A stretch of DNA of 64,000 nucleotides from Candidatus Ryanbacteria bacterium RIFCSPLOWO2_12_FULL_44_26 (lineage in GTDB: Bacteria; Patescibacteriota; Minisyncoccia; Ryanbacterales; HO2-45-13), in assembly GCA_001821765.1 (NCBI GenBank), contig MHOA01000002.1, positions 3,141 to 67,140 on the forward strand. Reading direction: 5' to 3'. The translations under genes and the position numbers were made by a program. The notes under the pieces are model-generated. The model had not been told where the DNA came from and did not search any database. It worked only from the letters and a program-made list of their open reading frames with translations. Shown in pieces: positions 46,533 to 56,775 of this stretch; the first letter of the stretch is position 1; each line of letters opens with the position of its first letter.

Positions 46533-47599
46533 CTTTTTGATTTTAACAGCGCGTCAATACCCGGCATCCTGCCATCTTCAAGAAATTCCAGCATAGCTCC
46601 CCCGCCGGTTGAAATATGATAAAATTGGTGTTCCTTTTTCATCCTCTTAATCACTGCATGCGTATCTCCCCCGCCCACAACCACCCGCGCCTTCGATGCA
46701 CCTAAAACGCGGATCAGATCTTCCGTGCCCTTAACATATCCTTTTTCTATAAGACCTAAAGGCCCGTTCCATAACACCAGTTTTGATTTTTTCGCATACA
46801 AGGCAATCAGTTGTATGGTCCTGGGACCTGCGTCAAAAATCATATCATTCTTTTTTATACTGTTTGCTTCACGAACGACATGCTTTGTTACAACAACATC
46901 AATGGGCAATTGAATCTTTTTCTTTTTCAGATAGCGCTGCTGTATCGTAGAGATCATGTTTTTTTCCACTTTGGTTTTCCCCACTAAATACCCTTTTGCA
47001 TGCAGAAATGTGTTTGCAATAGCGCCGACAATGACAATATGATCCGCTTTTTTTAAAAACCGCTCAAGAACACTAAGCTTCGTTTCCAGTTTCATGCCCC
47101 CAAGAATACACAAAAAGGGACGGGGGGGATAAAGCGCTTCTTCAAGAATCTTAATTTCTTTCAGAAATAAAAATCCGGCATAGGAAGGAAGTAATTGAGG
47201 AATTCCGATAATAGAAGCGTGCGGACGATGAGAAGCGCTAAAGGCATCGTTAACATACATATCTCCAAACGAGGCAAGATATGCGGCAAACCGCCTGGAA
47301 TTCGTTTTCTCTCCTTTATGGAAACGCACATTTTCAAGAAACTGAACGGGACGTTTGAGCAATTGTTCCAACCTTGCCCTTACCGGCTTTACCGAACGGA
47401 TTGGGTCAAGGTGCGTGATAAGAACTGGATGCGCCTTGTGCTTAAAAAGCCATATGAGAGTGGGTAAAGAAGCGCGTATCCTGAAATCATCCGCTACCCT
47501 GCCGTTTGTTATCGGCACATTAAAATCGCATCTTACAAGCACACGCTTTCCTCTCACGCGCGCGTTTTTTATGGAAGGCAGTTTATGATACAACTTCAT
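46529..47599 (-). CDS. pgk: Phosphoglycerate kinase
   Basis: VLVRCDFNVP at the N-terminus and VVGGGDTHA / STGGGAMLEFLEG near the C-terminus. The protein is unusually short (356 aa). Confidence 0.85.
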   Translation of the reverse strand: MKLYHKLPSIKNARVRGKRVLVRCDFNVPITNGRVADDFRIRASLPTLIWLFKHKAHPVLITHLDPIRSVKPVRARLEQLLKRPVQFLENVRFHKGEKTNSRRFAAYLASFGDMYVNDAFSASHRPHASIIGIPQLLPSYAGFLFLKEIKILEEALYPPRPFLCILGGMKLETKLSVLERFLKKADHIVIVGAIANTFLHAKGYLVGKTKVEKNMISTIQQRYLKKKKIQLPIDVVVTKHVVREANSIKKNDMIFDAGPRTIQLIALYAKKSKLVLWNGPLGLIEKGYVKGTEDLIRVLGASKARVVVGGGDTHAVIKRMKKEHQFYHISTGGGAMLEFLEDGRMPGIDALLKSKR

Positions 47600-48350
47600 C
47601 GCTTGCGTGCACTATTGCTAAGAAACGCTCGGCGTGCAAACTCTGACCCCCAACTAAAAATCCGGCCACCCGTCCTTTTACGAGAAATTCCGGAGCATTT
47701 GCTGAATCAACGGAACCGCCGTATAAAATCCGAATCTTCGCGGCTATTTTTCTTGAAAACATTGTGCTCAGCGTTTTCTCAATAAAAAGTGCCATCTCAA
47801 GCACATCATCCGGCGTTGCCGGCTTTCCCGTTCCAATAGCCCACACCGGTTCGTATGCAACTGCGAGCGACGAAAGACAGCTTCTAGGAACGCCCTTAAG
47901 AGCGGAGGCAAGCTGCTTTTGTATAAACCTAAAATATTTCCCTTCGCCATCCCGCTTCACTTCTCCAACACAAAGGACGGGCTTTAATCTTGCATCAAAC
48001 GATGCTTTCAGTTTTTTTCTTACCATTTCATCCGTTTCTGCCAGATGCGCTCTTCGCTCAGAATGTCCGACGATGACATACTCGCCGCCAACACCGCGTA
48101 TCATCGCGCCTGATATCTCTCCGGTATACGCCCCTGCCCCTTCCCAAAAGAGATTCTGACTACCAAGTGAAATGCCTCCGGAATTATCGGTAAGCTTTTT
48201 AAAGAGAGGCAAAAAAACGAACGGGGGGCAGATTACTATATGAACACGCTGAAATCTCCGCGCACCTTTTCGTATTTCGTAAAAAAGCTTCCGGGCGGCG
48301 TCTGGACTATTCGGATTCATCTTTAAGTTTGCAACGATAAGTTTCTTCAT
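47583..48350 (-). CDS. tpiA: Triosephosphate isomerase
   Basis: IVANLKMN, VIVGHSERR, and AYEPVWAIGTG. Confidence 0.9.
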   Translation of the reverse strand: MKKLIVANLKMNPNSPDAARKLFYEIRKGARRFQRVHIVICPPFVFLPLFKKLTDNSGGISLGSQNLFWEGAGAYTGEISGAMIRGVGGEYVIVGHSERRAHLAETDEMVRKKLKASFDARLKPVLCVGEVKRDGEGKYFRFIQKQLASALKGVPRSCLSSLAVAYEPVWAIGTGKPATPDDVLEMALFIEKTLSTMFSRKIAAKIRILYGGSVDSANAPEFLVKGRVAGFLVGGQSLHAERFLAIVHASDEVVS

Positions 48351-48456
48351 AAAACCACTTGGTCTTAAAAATATTCTGGACGGTTTTCAGTTTTCATCTC
48401 TCATCAAACAGAAACGGCAGTATACTCATATAACATAAAATCAGTATATCATCTGA

Positions 48457-49068
48457 TCATTTAATGAAGAACTTTAACACCAAAAAGCCGCCGATCAGGA
48501 GCACGACGAACAGCACTGCAAGGGTATCAAAATGGCGGTGTATAAATATTTTCATGCGCTCGCCATAGATCCGCAAAAGCCCTGCAACAAGAAAAAAGCG
48601 AAGACCCCGTCCCAGCAAAGAAGCGAAAAGGAATGTCAGTGGCTGAATCTTAAAAAATCCCGCAGAAAGTGTAATCACTTTATAAGGAATCGGGGTAAAT
48701 GCCGCGGAAAACACCGCTAAAAACGCATAGGCGCTATATCGGTTTCCAATCTCCTTTACGAGGGATTCAGCGTGATAAAAATCAATAATAGCAACTCCGA
48801 CGGTCCCGTAAAGGAAATATCCAATAAGGTATCCTGCAATACCGCCGAGCAAAGAACCAACAACGGCAATCGTTGCATAGCGAAACCATTTCAGCGGAAC
48901 GGCAACAACCATCGCTATGAGAAGCACATCCGGCGGAATAGGAAAAACAGAGCTTTCAAAAAAAGCTAAGAGAAAAAGGGCCAATGCGGCGTAGGGATGC
49001 GAAGCCCATGCAAGCGTCCAATGATAAAGCGCGTGGAGCGCTCCCATTGTCTTTGTGAATAGTTTCAT
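48457..49068 (-). CDS. DedA/SNARE-associated family membrane protein
   Basis: 203 aa with the DedA-type motif (FFESSVFPIPPDVLLIAM…) and multiple TM helices. Confidence 0.7.
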   Translation of the reverse strand: MKLFTKTMGALHALYHWTLAWASHPYAALALFLLAFFESSVFPIPPDVLLIAMVVAVPLKWFRYATIAVVGSLLGGIAGYLIGYFLYGTVGVAIIDFYHAESLVKEIGNRYSAYAFLAVFSAAFTPIPYKVITLSAGFFKIQPLTFLFASLLGRGLRFFLVAGLLRIYGERMKIFIHRHFDTLAVLFVVLLIGGFLVLKFFIK

Positions 49069-50105
49069 TTACTGACAAATCTTCTTAGATACTGAGCGGC
49101 GTCTTCCGGCGAAACGGTAACAATCTCAAGACCCGTTCCTAGTTCAACGCCGCCGAAGGTTGCAGTCTTAGGCAATATCTCTAAGTGCCAATGATAATGA
49201 TCAAAATGACCTCTGCCAAACGGAGTGGTGTGAATGAAGTAATTATATGCTATGTCATTTAAACCGCGATAAATGCTGCGCAGCGCGGCAATAAGGACGT
49301 CGGCCAGCAACGGGCGATCTTTCGTGGCAATGCTTTCAAAACGTGATTGATGCTTCAGCGGATAAATGCGCATCTCAAACGCGGCTTTGGAAACATGAGG
49401 AGCCAGCAAAATAAACGACTTATTTTTATAAAGCACCCGTTCTTTCTTTCGTCGTTCCCACCGAATGATATCACAATGTACGCAGCGTCTTTTGCGATGA
49501 TAATATCTGCGTGAACCCTGAATAGAAACATGCACATCTGCAGGCACGATCGGGAGCGCAATGAGCTGCGAATGGGGATGATAGATGGAAGCGCCGGCTT
49601 CCCGCCCGTGATTATGAAAGACCAAAACATACTCAAGACATTTTTCCGCGGAAAGATCATGGATGCGTTCCTGGTAAGCCCGAATAATCAATTCCACCTC
49701 CTCAACGCTCATATGAGCAATGCTTCTGGAGTGAGGGCTTGTCACAACAACTTCATGAAAACCAACGCCTTGCATATACGCGCCGACGCCGTCACGGATC
49801 AGCGTTGGGCATGTTTTATAATGATGAGACAAAGCGGGATATTTGTTCCGAATGACCTGTAAAAACCAGTCGCGGAGCACAACAACATCCCCCTTCTTGC
49901 GTTTTTGAGGATGCACGAACCATAAAAGAGGAGAGCCGTTTCCTGACTTTTGCGGATCTTCAAAAGGACATGCGGCTCGCGGCGGGGATTTTTCTTTTTT
50001 GCTCCTTGCAAATTGGTTCGGCCTCCTCGCGCGCACGGTGCTTAAAAGCACCCACTCACCGCTTACCGGATCCTGACGCAATTCCGTTTTAGGGTGTTCC
50101 ATCAT
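49065..50105 (-). CDS. galT: Galactose-1-phosphate uridylyltransferase (HIT-family GalT)
   Basis: Zn-binding CPFE…, FHNHGREAGASIYHPHSQ (the HxHxQ catalytic motif), CVHCD. Confidence 0.8.
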   Translation of the reverse strand: MMEHPKTELRQDPVSGEWVLLSTVRARRPNQFARSKKEKSPPRAACPFEDPQKSGNGSPLLWFVHPQKRKKGDVVVLRDWFLQVIRNKYPALSHHYKTCPTLIRDGVGAYMQGVGFHEVVVTSPHSRSIAHMSVEEVELIIRAYQERIHDLSAEKCLEYVLVFHNHGREAGASIYHPHSQLIALPIVPADVHVSIQGSRRYYHRKRRCVHCDIIRWERRKKERVLYKNKSFILLAPHVSKAAFEMRIYPLKHQSRFESIATKDRPLLADVLIAALRSIYRGLNDIAYNYFIHTTPFGRGHFDHYHWHLEILPKTATFGGVELGTGLEIVTVSPEDAAQYLRRFVSK

Positions 50106-50117
50106 TATAACTGCCGC

Positions 50118-50873
50118 TTAACGGTCATCAGACATGTGATACCTATTTCTGCGTATCCACCAACCTATCTTTGTTGTTTCCCATAAAGTGTAAAGATAAC
50201 CTGACAACTTCACTTTGCTGCGGGGGTCGTTTACCCAGTAAGCCGCAACAATGCCGATTTGCATCTTCATCGCACGGGCAAGCGCAAGCACCTCAACATC
50301 AAAACCCCACCTGTTTATACGAGTAATTGAAAATATCCTCTTTGCAGCATCAGCTCTAAATGCTTTAAATCCACATTGTGTGTCCCAAATGCCGCGCACC
50401 GCAAGAAGCTGGATGTACAGGTTTCCAATGTTACCAATGAGGCGCTTATGCCATTGCTGTGATACCTCCTGCCGAGCGCCGGCGGCGTCTTTCGGATCTC
50501 GCGAACAAATAACCACATCATACCCTTTATCAAAAAGCGGGCGCATTTTATCAAAATGCGAAATATCTGTTGAGTTGTCAGCATCCGCAAAAAGGCGAAG
50601 GCGTCCGTTGGCTTTCAACATCCCCTCCCTGACGGTATAGCCCTTGCCGCGATTTTCTTTCCGATCAATCCACCAAACGTTGGGAATCTTCTTTGCAAGC
50701 TGAGAAACCTTCTGTATGGTAAGGTCTTTCGAGCCATCTGAAACAACAATTATTTCCCACGTATATGGTACTCGTGCAAGATACTTATATACCTGATGTA
50801 TTGTTATTTCTATTCGCTCATCCTCGTTATATGCCGGAATGATAACCGAGAGATATATATCCTTCTGTTCCAT
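50118..50873 (-). CDS. Family 2 glycosyltransferase (polyprenol-phosphate glycosyltransferase-like)
   Basis: LSVIIPAYNE, DGSKD, FADADNS, and QCGFKAF are GT2 DxD/QxxRW-region motifs. Confidence 0.8.
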   Translation of the reverse strand: MEQKDIYLSVIIPAYNEDERIEITIHQVYKYLARVPYTWEIIVVSDGSKDLTIQKVSQLAKKIPNVWWIDRKENRGKGYTVREGMLKANGRLRLFADADNSTDISHFDKMRPLFDKGYDVVICSRDPKDAAGARQEVSQQWHKRLIGNIGNLYIQLLAVRGIWDTQCGFKAFRADAAKRIFSITRINRWGFDVEVLALARAMKMQIGIVAAYWVNDPRSKVKLSGYLYTLWETTKIGWWIRRNRYHMSDDR

Positions 50874-50935
50874 AAAGTCATTGTATCATACCTTTGAGTT
50901 TCTTTTAAAACCGCGAGGGATCGGAGCAGCGTCCT

Positions 50936-50964
50936 TTGACATAAAAACGCAAATATATTACAAT
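50936..50964 (+). promoter_or_regulatory. Near-consensus sigma70-like promoter for the large surface protein gene
   Basis: TTGACA (50936-50941), 17-nt spacer, TACAAT (50959-50964), about 110 nt upstream of the ATG at 51073. Confidence 0.45.
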
Positions 50965-51072
50965 GCCATCCGTTACCAATACATCATGCTCCTTTAAAAC
51001 TGAATAGGTAATTGAGATGCCTCGCCAGCGCGTATTATAAGGTCTTATACATTAGGTAATTACTGGGATGGT

Positions 51073-53622
51073 ATGAAAAGAATATTATACATATTCTTTT
51101 CTCTTGCCTTTACTGCCGCGCCGCTTCAGGTATTTGGAGCTGAAATCGTATGGACACAAACCGACTGGTCTGGAGGCGCAGGAACATCGTCAATAAACCA
51201 GTATGAATCAGCGGACGATATCAACACAACAATACCTGGAGAGCTTCGCCTTAAAACACAAACACACACCGTAGACACCCACACGCTGACCGTGACTGCG
51301 GGGGATGAAATTCCCCATCATCGCGCCCGAAACGTCGCGGACGCCGATGACTCAACTTATTGGGAAAGCCATGTGATCCCGGCGTGGGTTCAGCTTGAGC
51401 TCGACGAAGCAAGACTGCTCTCGCGAATTGACCTTGTCATCTCCAAAGGGAAAGTAAGTGAACATATAATATCTGAACTGCCCGTTGATTTCCGCATTGA
51501 TATTTCCCAAACCGGGGCATTTGCCGGAGAAGAAGTACGAATCGCAGAGGTTACCGGCAACACAGAAGCGGGAACAAAGCAGTTTCTGTTTGATCCAACG
51601 CCGGTGCGGTTCGTAAAACTGACCATAACTCGCGTGCCGGAAGATGGCACAGGACACGTGGAAATAAGAGAGCTTGTTCTCTATACAGAGGAAAGTCCTG
51701 GTTTAGGAACGCTTGTTTCATCCGTGTTTGACGCAGGAACAACCACAAATTGGACAACGCTTTCATTCGACGGAAATACCACTTCTACATCAGCTGTTAC
51801 GTTTATGACGCGAACAGGTGCAAACACCGATGCGTTAGGATCCTTCCAGCCATTGAACGAAAGTGCGATTCAAAGTCCAAACGGGCAATTTATTCAGTAC
51901 AAAGTGGAAATGTCCGGGGATACGGCATTGGCGGTAACAGAAATCCGCATCCATGGAGAACATGAAAAAGACAGAACCGATGAAACTCCCGAGTGCAGTA
52001 TAAAGGGCCTATATGGATTGTACTATAATCTGCCGAATAACCACCCCGATGTTGAAAAAAGAATCACGGGGATTATAGCGGGAACGGCGCCGTCTGACTA
52101 CGACTGGTTTGACGAATCGTTCTTGAGCTTTAAGCGAAACGACGCAATAGATTCGTTCAACAATCCGGACAATTACTTTCCGGTAGATAATGGTTTAGAC
52201 GGCGACCCGTATCATTTCGCTGTGCACTGGACAGGATCGGTCTATGCCGCAAATACCGGAAGGTACCCCGTCATAATCGGTTCTGATGATGATTCGTGGG
52301 TGTTCATAAATGACAAGGAGGTCTTAAACCTCGGGGGAACTCATGCGTTCGTCGCGACAACAACAACCCTTGAGCTTAGCGCGGGAACTTCAACAGTTGA
52401 TATATACTTTGCAGAACGGCACACCAGAGCATCGGGCTTTCAGTTTATTCCGGATGAGCAACTGATATTTTCTCCCTGTATTGAACGTGCAGAAGAAAAC
52501 CGCCTTCCCGTCTTCACTGGCCCCCAACAAGCAACGACAACCGTTGCAACATTGCTTGAATTTACCGTAACGGCGGGGGATCCCGATGGGGATGCCCTCG
52601 TTATCACCGCAAATCTTCCTCACAAGGCAACATATGCAACAAGCACAGGGCTTTTTGCTTGGATTCCCGAACAAACGGGTACTTCGACTGCAACATTCTT
52701 TGCATTTGACGGAACCGGTACCAGTACGCATGAAACGTTTATCACCGTCATGGCAACGTCAACAGAGATAAATCTGCCTCCCCTGTTTATTGATTTTGCT
52801 CCCCCAACAACCGCAACAGTCCATGAGCTTTATTCGTATGATGCAGAGGCCGTGGATCCGGAAGGTGATCCTATATCTTTCAGTCTTTTGGAAGAACCTG
52901 CCGGCATGACCATTGCAACCTCAACCGGCATCATCGAATGGATTCCGGATGAAAGTCAGGCTTCCTCAACACCGTACGAGATACTTATTGAAGCAAAGGA
53001 TTTGTTCGGTAAAGCGACTTCTTCGTTTAGCATCACGGTTTTGCGCCCAAGTGATGGCGCAAACGATGATAGCGGAACGGGCGGCAACGGCGGCGGAACA
53101 CCTCCGTCACCTCCGGCAGGTCATGGAATTATTCTTGCAAGTCAGGCTCCAGGAGCTGGAGGCGGAGGCCCGAGAAAAACGGAACTGCCCAAGCCCTCTC
53201 AACCTGCACAGAAAGAGAAAGAAGAAAAGGAAGAAAAAACAAGTACTTCCGCAAGTGATTCAGCACCTTTAAAAACAACTCCGAAGAAAGAAACACCAAT
53301 AAAACCACCGGCTGAAATTCAGCCAAAAGACATCTCAATTACTGAAACACCCGAAGTGAAAGCGCAAACAACGACCCCGGCTGGCGGTCGAAGTTTTGCA
53401 GCTCTATTGTTTGCGGGATTACTTAAAAACTTCCTTCGCTGGCTTCGGGCTCATTGCTGTTTGCTGTTGTTTATATTGTGGTTACTGACGCTTCTGGCGT
53501 TCATCCTGTATATCTTGCGCGAGCGAAAAAAGCGCAAAAGTATTGAAGGAATGAGCGATACCACAACTCCGTCAACGGGAGAAGAGTTGAAAGAATCAAT
53601 ATCCAGCTTTCCCCGACCATAA
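51073..53622 (+). CDS. Large secreted/surface protein: signal peptide, discoidin (F5/8 C)-like, PA14-like and Ig-like (cadherin-like) domains, Gly/Pro/Lys/Glu linker, C-terminal TM anchor
   Basis: 849 aa; signal peptide MKRILYIFFSLAFTAAPLQVFGAE; DDSTYWESH…VQLELD (galactose-binding-like); PA14-like GLYGLYYNLP…HFAVHWTGSVYAANTGRYPVIIGSDDDSWVFINDKEVLNLGG; two LP..F…ATV.ELYSYDA.A.DPEGD repeats; GTGGNGGGTPPSPP low-complexity; C-terminal TM LLLFILWLLTLLAFILYIL plus RERKKRK. Confidence 0.7.
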   Translation: MKRILYIFFSLAFTAAPLQVFGAEIVWTQTDWSGGAGTSSINQYESADDINTTIPGELRLKTQTHTVDTHTLTVTAGDEIPHHRARNVADADDSTYWESHVIPAWVQLELDEARLLSRIDLVISKGKVSEHIISELPVDFRIDISQTGAFAGEEVRIAEVTGNTEAGTKQFLFDPTPVRFVKLTITRVPEDGTGHVEIRELVLYTEESPGLGTLVSSVFDAGTTTNWTTLSFDGNTTSTSAVTFMTRTGANTDALGSFQPLNESAIQSPNGQFIQYKVEMSGDTALAVTEIRIHGEHEKDRTDETPECSIKGLYGLYYNLPNNHPDVEKRITGIIAGTAPSDYDWFDESFLSFKRNDAIDSFNNPDNYFPVDNGLDGDPYHFAVHWTGSVYAANTGRYPVIIGSDDDSWVFINDKEVLNLGGTHAFVATTTTLELSAGTSTVDIYFAERHTRASGFQFIPDEQLIFSPCIERAEENRLPVFTGPQQATTTVATLLEFTVTAGDPDGDALVITANLPHKATYATSTGLFAWIPEQTGTSTATFFAFDGTGTSTHETFITVMATSTEINLPPLFIDFAPPTTATVHELYSYDAEAVDPEGDPISFSLLEEPAGMTIATSTGIIEWIPDESQASSTPYEILIEAKDLFGKATSSFSITVLRPSDGANDDSGTGGNGGGTPPSPPAGHGIILASQAPGAGGGGPRKTELPKPSQPAQKEKEEKEEKTSTSASDSAPLKTTPKKETPIKPPAEIQPKDISITETPEVKAQTTTPAGGRSFAALLFAGLLKNFLRWLRAHCCLLLFILWLLTLLAFILYILRERKKRKSIEGMSDTTTPSTGEELKESISSFPRP

Positions 53623-53669
53623 TTGAACACGGCAACACTCATAAGCCCAAACAAAGCAAGAGAAAGGAT

Positions 53670-53708
53670 AAAACCCAAAAGCCGCCCCTAAGGGCGGCTT
53701 TTGGGTTT
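53670..53708. terminator. Bidirectional rho-independent terminator between convergent genes
   Basis: Perfect 18-bp palindrome AAAACCCAAAAGCCGCCC-TAA-GGGCGGCTTTTGGGTTTT, with U-runs on both strands. Confidence 0.6.
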
Positions 53709-53728
53709 TAAATTCCATGAAAAACACA

Positions 53729-54121
53729 TTACACAACATTTACCTTATCAAGATATCCCTGCAAGATTAACGCCGCAGAAGATGCGTCAATCATTTCCTT
53801 TGTGGTGGTATTCGGTCTTACTGCTTTGGTGCTTAAAACTTCTTTTTCAAATACTACCGGGGGGTGGAATTCGTTTTTAAGCTTGAGCGCAAATGCACGC
53901 GCCTTAGCCGTCATGGCCGTTTCAGTGCCGTCCAAACCGAGCGGCAAACCGACAACAATAGTACAGACTCGTTCTTTTTCAACAAGTTCTGATAGATATT
54001 GCGCAACTGTATCCCAATTGTTCTCAATCACAACCTTCGGAAAAGCAATACGCCCACCCTCATCAGAAAGGGCTATGCCGATCTTTTTTGTCCCGTAATC
54101 AATTCCCAGATATCTTGCCAT
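53729..54121 (-). CDS. ruvX: Holliday-junction resolvase-like RuvX/YqgF (putative pre-16S rRNA nuclease)
   Basis: YLGIDYGTKKIGIALSD at the N-terminus and an RNase H-fold pattern; 130 aa. Confidence 0.85.
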   Translation of the reverse strand: MARYLGIDYGTKKIGIALSDEGGRIAFPKVVIENNWDTVAQYLSELVEKERVCTIVVGLPLGLDGTETAMTAKARAFALKLKNEFHPPVVFEKEVLSTKAVRPNTTTKEMIDASSAALILQGYLDKVNVV

Positions 54122-54171
54122 ATCATCAAACCATCACCCACGCTGGTGCCACCAGCGTGGTAGTGTCGCGG

Positions 54172-54930
54172 TTATGTTGTAAGGACTTCCGCGCCGTTTT
54201 TGGTTACGAGAATGGTGTGTTCAAAGTGCGCCGACGGTTTTCCATCTTCGGTAACCCACGCCCATCCATCTTCCGCGAGTTTCAACGCCGGAGCTCCTAA
54301 CGTCACCATCGGTTCAATGGCAAGCACCATCCCTTCAAGCAACTTCGGCCCGCTACCGCGCTTTCCGTGGTTGGGAACTTGCGGCTCCTCATGCGCCGCT
54401 TGACCGACACCATGCCCGACAAGCTCGCGCACAATTCCGTAACCATATTTTTGAACATACGATTCAATGGCATGTCCTATATCTCCAACATGCCCTCCGA
54501 TACACGCTGCTTTTATTCCGCGCTCCAAAGCTGTTTTTGTTACCTGGAGCAATTGCCTCAATTCATCGCTTATATTACCAACGCCAATCGTGACTGCCAT
54601 ATCAGTAAAAAGTCCCTTATACTGCATCCCCACATCAAGGCCGATAATATCACCCGATCGCAAAATCCGCTCACTGGGTATTGCATGAACCAACTCTTCA
54701 TTCACCGACGTGCAAAGCGTCGCGGGATACGGTCCTTTTGCGCCCTTGGGGATATAACCATTAAAGGAGGGGGTTGCGCCGGATTCAAAAATTAACTGTT
54801 CTGCAAGAGCATCAAGCTCTTTTGTAGTTACTCCGGCACGTACTATTTCACAAACACAAGACAAAATGCCGGAAAGGATTTTCCCCCCTTCTTTGAGAAT
54901 CCGCACTTCTTTTTCCAAACGAGCTATCAA
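54172..54930 (-). CDS. map: Methionine aminopeptidase, type I
   Basis: Pita-bread-fold metal ligands in conserved context (GDIIGLDVG, GHGVG, AIEPM, FEHT). Confidence 0.9.
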   Translation of the reverse strand: MIARLEKEVRILKEGGKILSGILSCVCEIVRAGVTTKELDALAEQLIFESGATPSFNGYIPKGAKGPYPATLCTSVNEELVHAIPSERILRSGDIIGLDVGMQYKGLFTDMAVTIGVGNISDELRQLLQVTKTALERGIKAACIGGHVGDIGHAIESYVQKYGYGIVRELVGHGVGQAAHEEPQVPNHGKRGSGPKLLEGMVLAIEPMVTLGAPALKLAEDGWAWVTEDGKPSAHFEHTILVTKNGAEVLTT

Positions 54931-55520
54931 ATGACTGCCGATGTTATTCGTTCAAATACCTTTTTTTCCGAACCGACCCCGTCAACGGCAATCACGAAGA
55001 AAGAAGTTTTTTTCTTAAAATATGAAATGATCGGGGGAATATTTTTATCAAACCAACGAAGACGCTCCATGATTGCTTCTTTTTTATCATCATGTCTGCC
55101 GCGGAGCTGTAAGCGTCTGAATACTTCCTGCTGGGGAATATCTAAAATAACAACAAACACGTTTTTTTCACGCCCGTAAAACACAAGCGCTTCAGCGAAC
55201 GCCTGCGCTTCCATTAATGTACGCGGTGATCCGTCAATCACCAGATGATAATGCGGAGAAAACTCTCTAATAAGCGTATCTCCCCAAGCCCATATCGCAA
55301 GAAAGCGCGGGGCAAGCCCACCGGCATCAAGAACGTTTTCTTTTAAGAGTCGGGTTGTGTGTGTTTTTGTTTCCTTCACCAGCGAGCGGAATTTTCCTCC
55401 GCTGTATACATATAGTGTCTTGTTCGATCCGAGATGTTCCACAAGCAGTCTTGCTTGCACTCCCTTTCCCGACCCCGCTTTCCCGATGAAAATAACAGTG
55501 CGGGGGTCTTTTTTATTCAT
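54927..55520 (-). CDS. adk: Adenylate kinase
   Basis: VIFIGKAGSGKGVQA P-loop and the expected position after secY; start taken at MNKKDPRTVIFIG. Confidence 0.8.
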   Translation of the reverse strand: MNKKDPRTVIFIGKAGSGKGVQARLLVEHLGSNKTLYVYSGGKFRSLVKETKTHTTRLLKENVLDAGGLAPRFLAIWAWGDTLIREFSPHYHLVIDGSPRTLMEAQAFAEALVFYGREKNVFVVILDIPQQEVFRRLQLRGRHDDKKEAIMERLRWFDKNIPPIISYFKKKTSFFVIAVDGVGSEKKVFERITSAVI

Positions 55521-56775
55521 ATTCCCGGATAGTGAGCTGTGCTTCAATTTTTTTCACCAGTTCAAGCACCACTGAAACCACAATAAGCAGTGCTGTTCCT
55601 CCTATAGTAAGAAACGCCGCACCTGTGATGCCCTGCATAACAAACGGGAGAACGGCGATAAAACCTAAAAAAAGCGCTCCGACAAGAGTAATGCGGTTTA
55701 TGACATACGAGAGATACTGGGCTGTCGGACGGCCCGGACGCATGCCGGGAATAAAACCACCGCTTTTTTGCAGGTTATTTGAAATGGCATCCGGATCGAA
55801 CGTAACAGCCGTGTAAAAATAGGTAAACAAAAATACAAAAATAAAGTAGAGCGCCCCATAGATCCACAACTTCTGAAGAAAGCTCAAAAGCGCGGAAGAG
55901 ATCGCCTGCAGTATCGGATTGGTTGACCCCTCAAAAAAACCTATAAGCATCTGTGGAAAAAGCAGTATTGAAAGAGCAAAGATGATAGGGATGACCCCTG
56001 CTTGATTTACCCTCAATGGAAGATAGGTTGAAATGCCACCGTACATTCGAGCGCCTCGAACACGCTTTGCGTATGAAATAGGAATCGGGCGCTCTCCCTG
56101 CGTCACAATAACTACGCCGGCTACGATCAACACCGACGCGACGAGAAAGCCGATAAATGTTGGAATTTGGGATGGATCATAAGCGATCAATGCCTGTCTC
56201 ATTGCGCTTGGAATGCCCGCCACTATACCGGCAAAAATGATTATTGAAACTCCATTGCCGATGCCATATTCGCTGATGAGTTCCCCGATCCACATGAGCA
56301 ATATTGATCCGGCAGTAACAATAACCACATTCATCAATGTGGCACCAAACGGCAACGGGTCTATAACGCCCTGCCTTGTAAGAAGCGTGAGAAAACCGTA
56401 TCCCTGAAGCATTGCAAGCGGAACAGTAAGCAGCCGCGAATACTGCATAAATTTTTTCCTTCCGGCCTCTCCCTCCTCATGATAAAGAGCTTTGAGAGCG
56501 GGGAACATCATGGTAAGAAGCTGCATGATAATGGTCGCGGTGATATAAGGACCAACTCCAAGCATCACGATAGAAAGATTATCCATGGCGCCTCCTGTAA
56601 ACACATTTAAAAGTCCGAAGAGCTGATTCCCTTCAAAAAATACACGAAGGCGCTCTGCATCAATGCCGGGAGTTGGAATAGCGGCTGCGACGCGAAATAC
56701 AACTAAAAAACCGAGAAGAATGAGAATCTTTTTTCTCAACAGTTTGTCCTTCAAGATGCGAAGAAGTATTTCCAT
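55513..56775 (-). CDS. secY: Preprotein translocase subunit SecY
   Basis: 420 aa with 10 TM helices, SecY motifs (GIDAERL…, QAGVIPIIFA), and its position between rplO and adk. Confidence 0.9.
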   Translation of the reverse strand: MEILLRILKDKLLRKKILILLGFLVVFRVAAAIPTPGIDAERLRVFFEGNQLFGLLNVFTGGAMDNLSIVMLGVGPYITATIIMQLLTMMFPALKALYHEEGEAGRKKFMQYSRLLTVPLAMLQGYGFLTLLTRQGVIDPLPFGATLMNVVIVTAGSILLMWIGELISEYGIGNGVSIIIFAGIVAGIPSAMRQALIAYDPSQIPTFIGFLVASVLIVAGVVIVTQGERPIPISYAKRVRGARMYGGISTYLPLRVNQAGVIPIIFALSILLFPQMLIGFFEGSTNPILQAISSALLSFLQKLWIYGALYFIFVFLFTYFYTAVTFDPDAISNNLQKSGGFIPGMRPGRPTAQYLSYVINRITLVGALFLGFIAVLPFVMQGITGAAFLTIGGTALLIVVSVVLELVKKIEAQLTIREYE

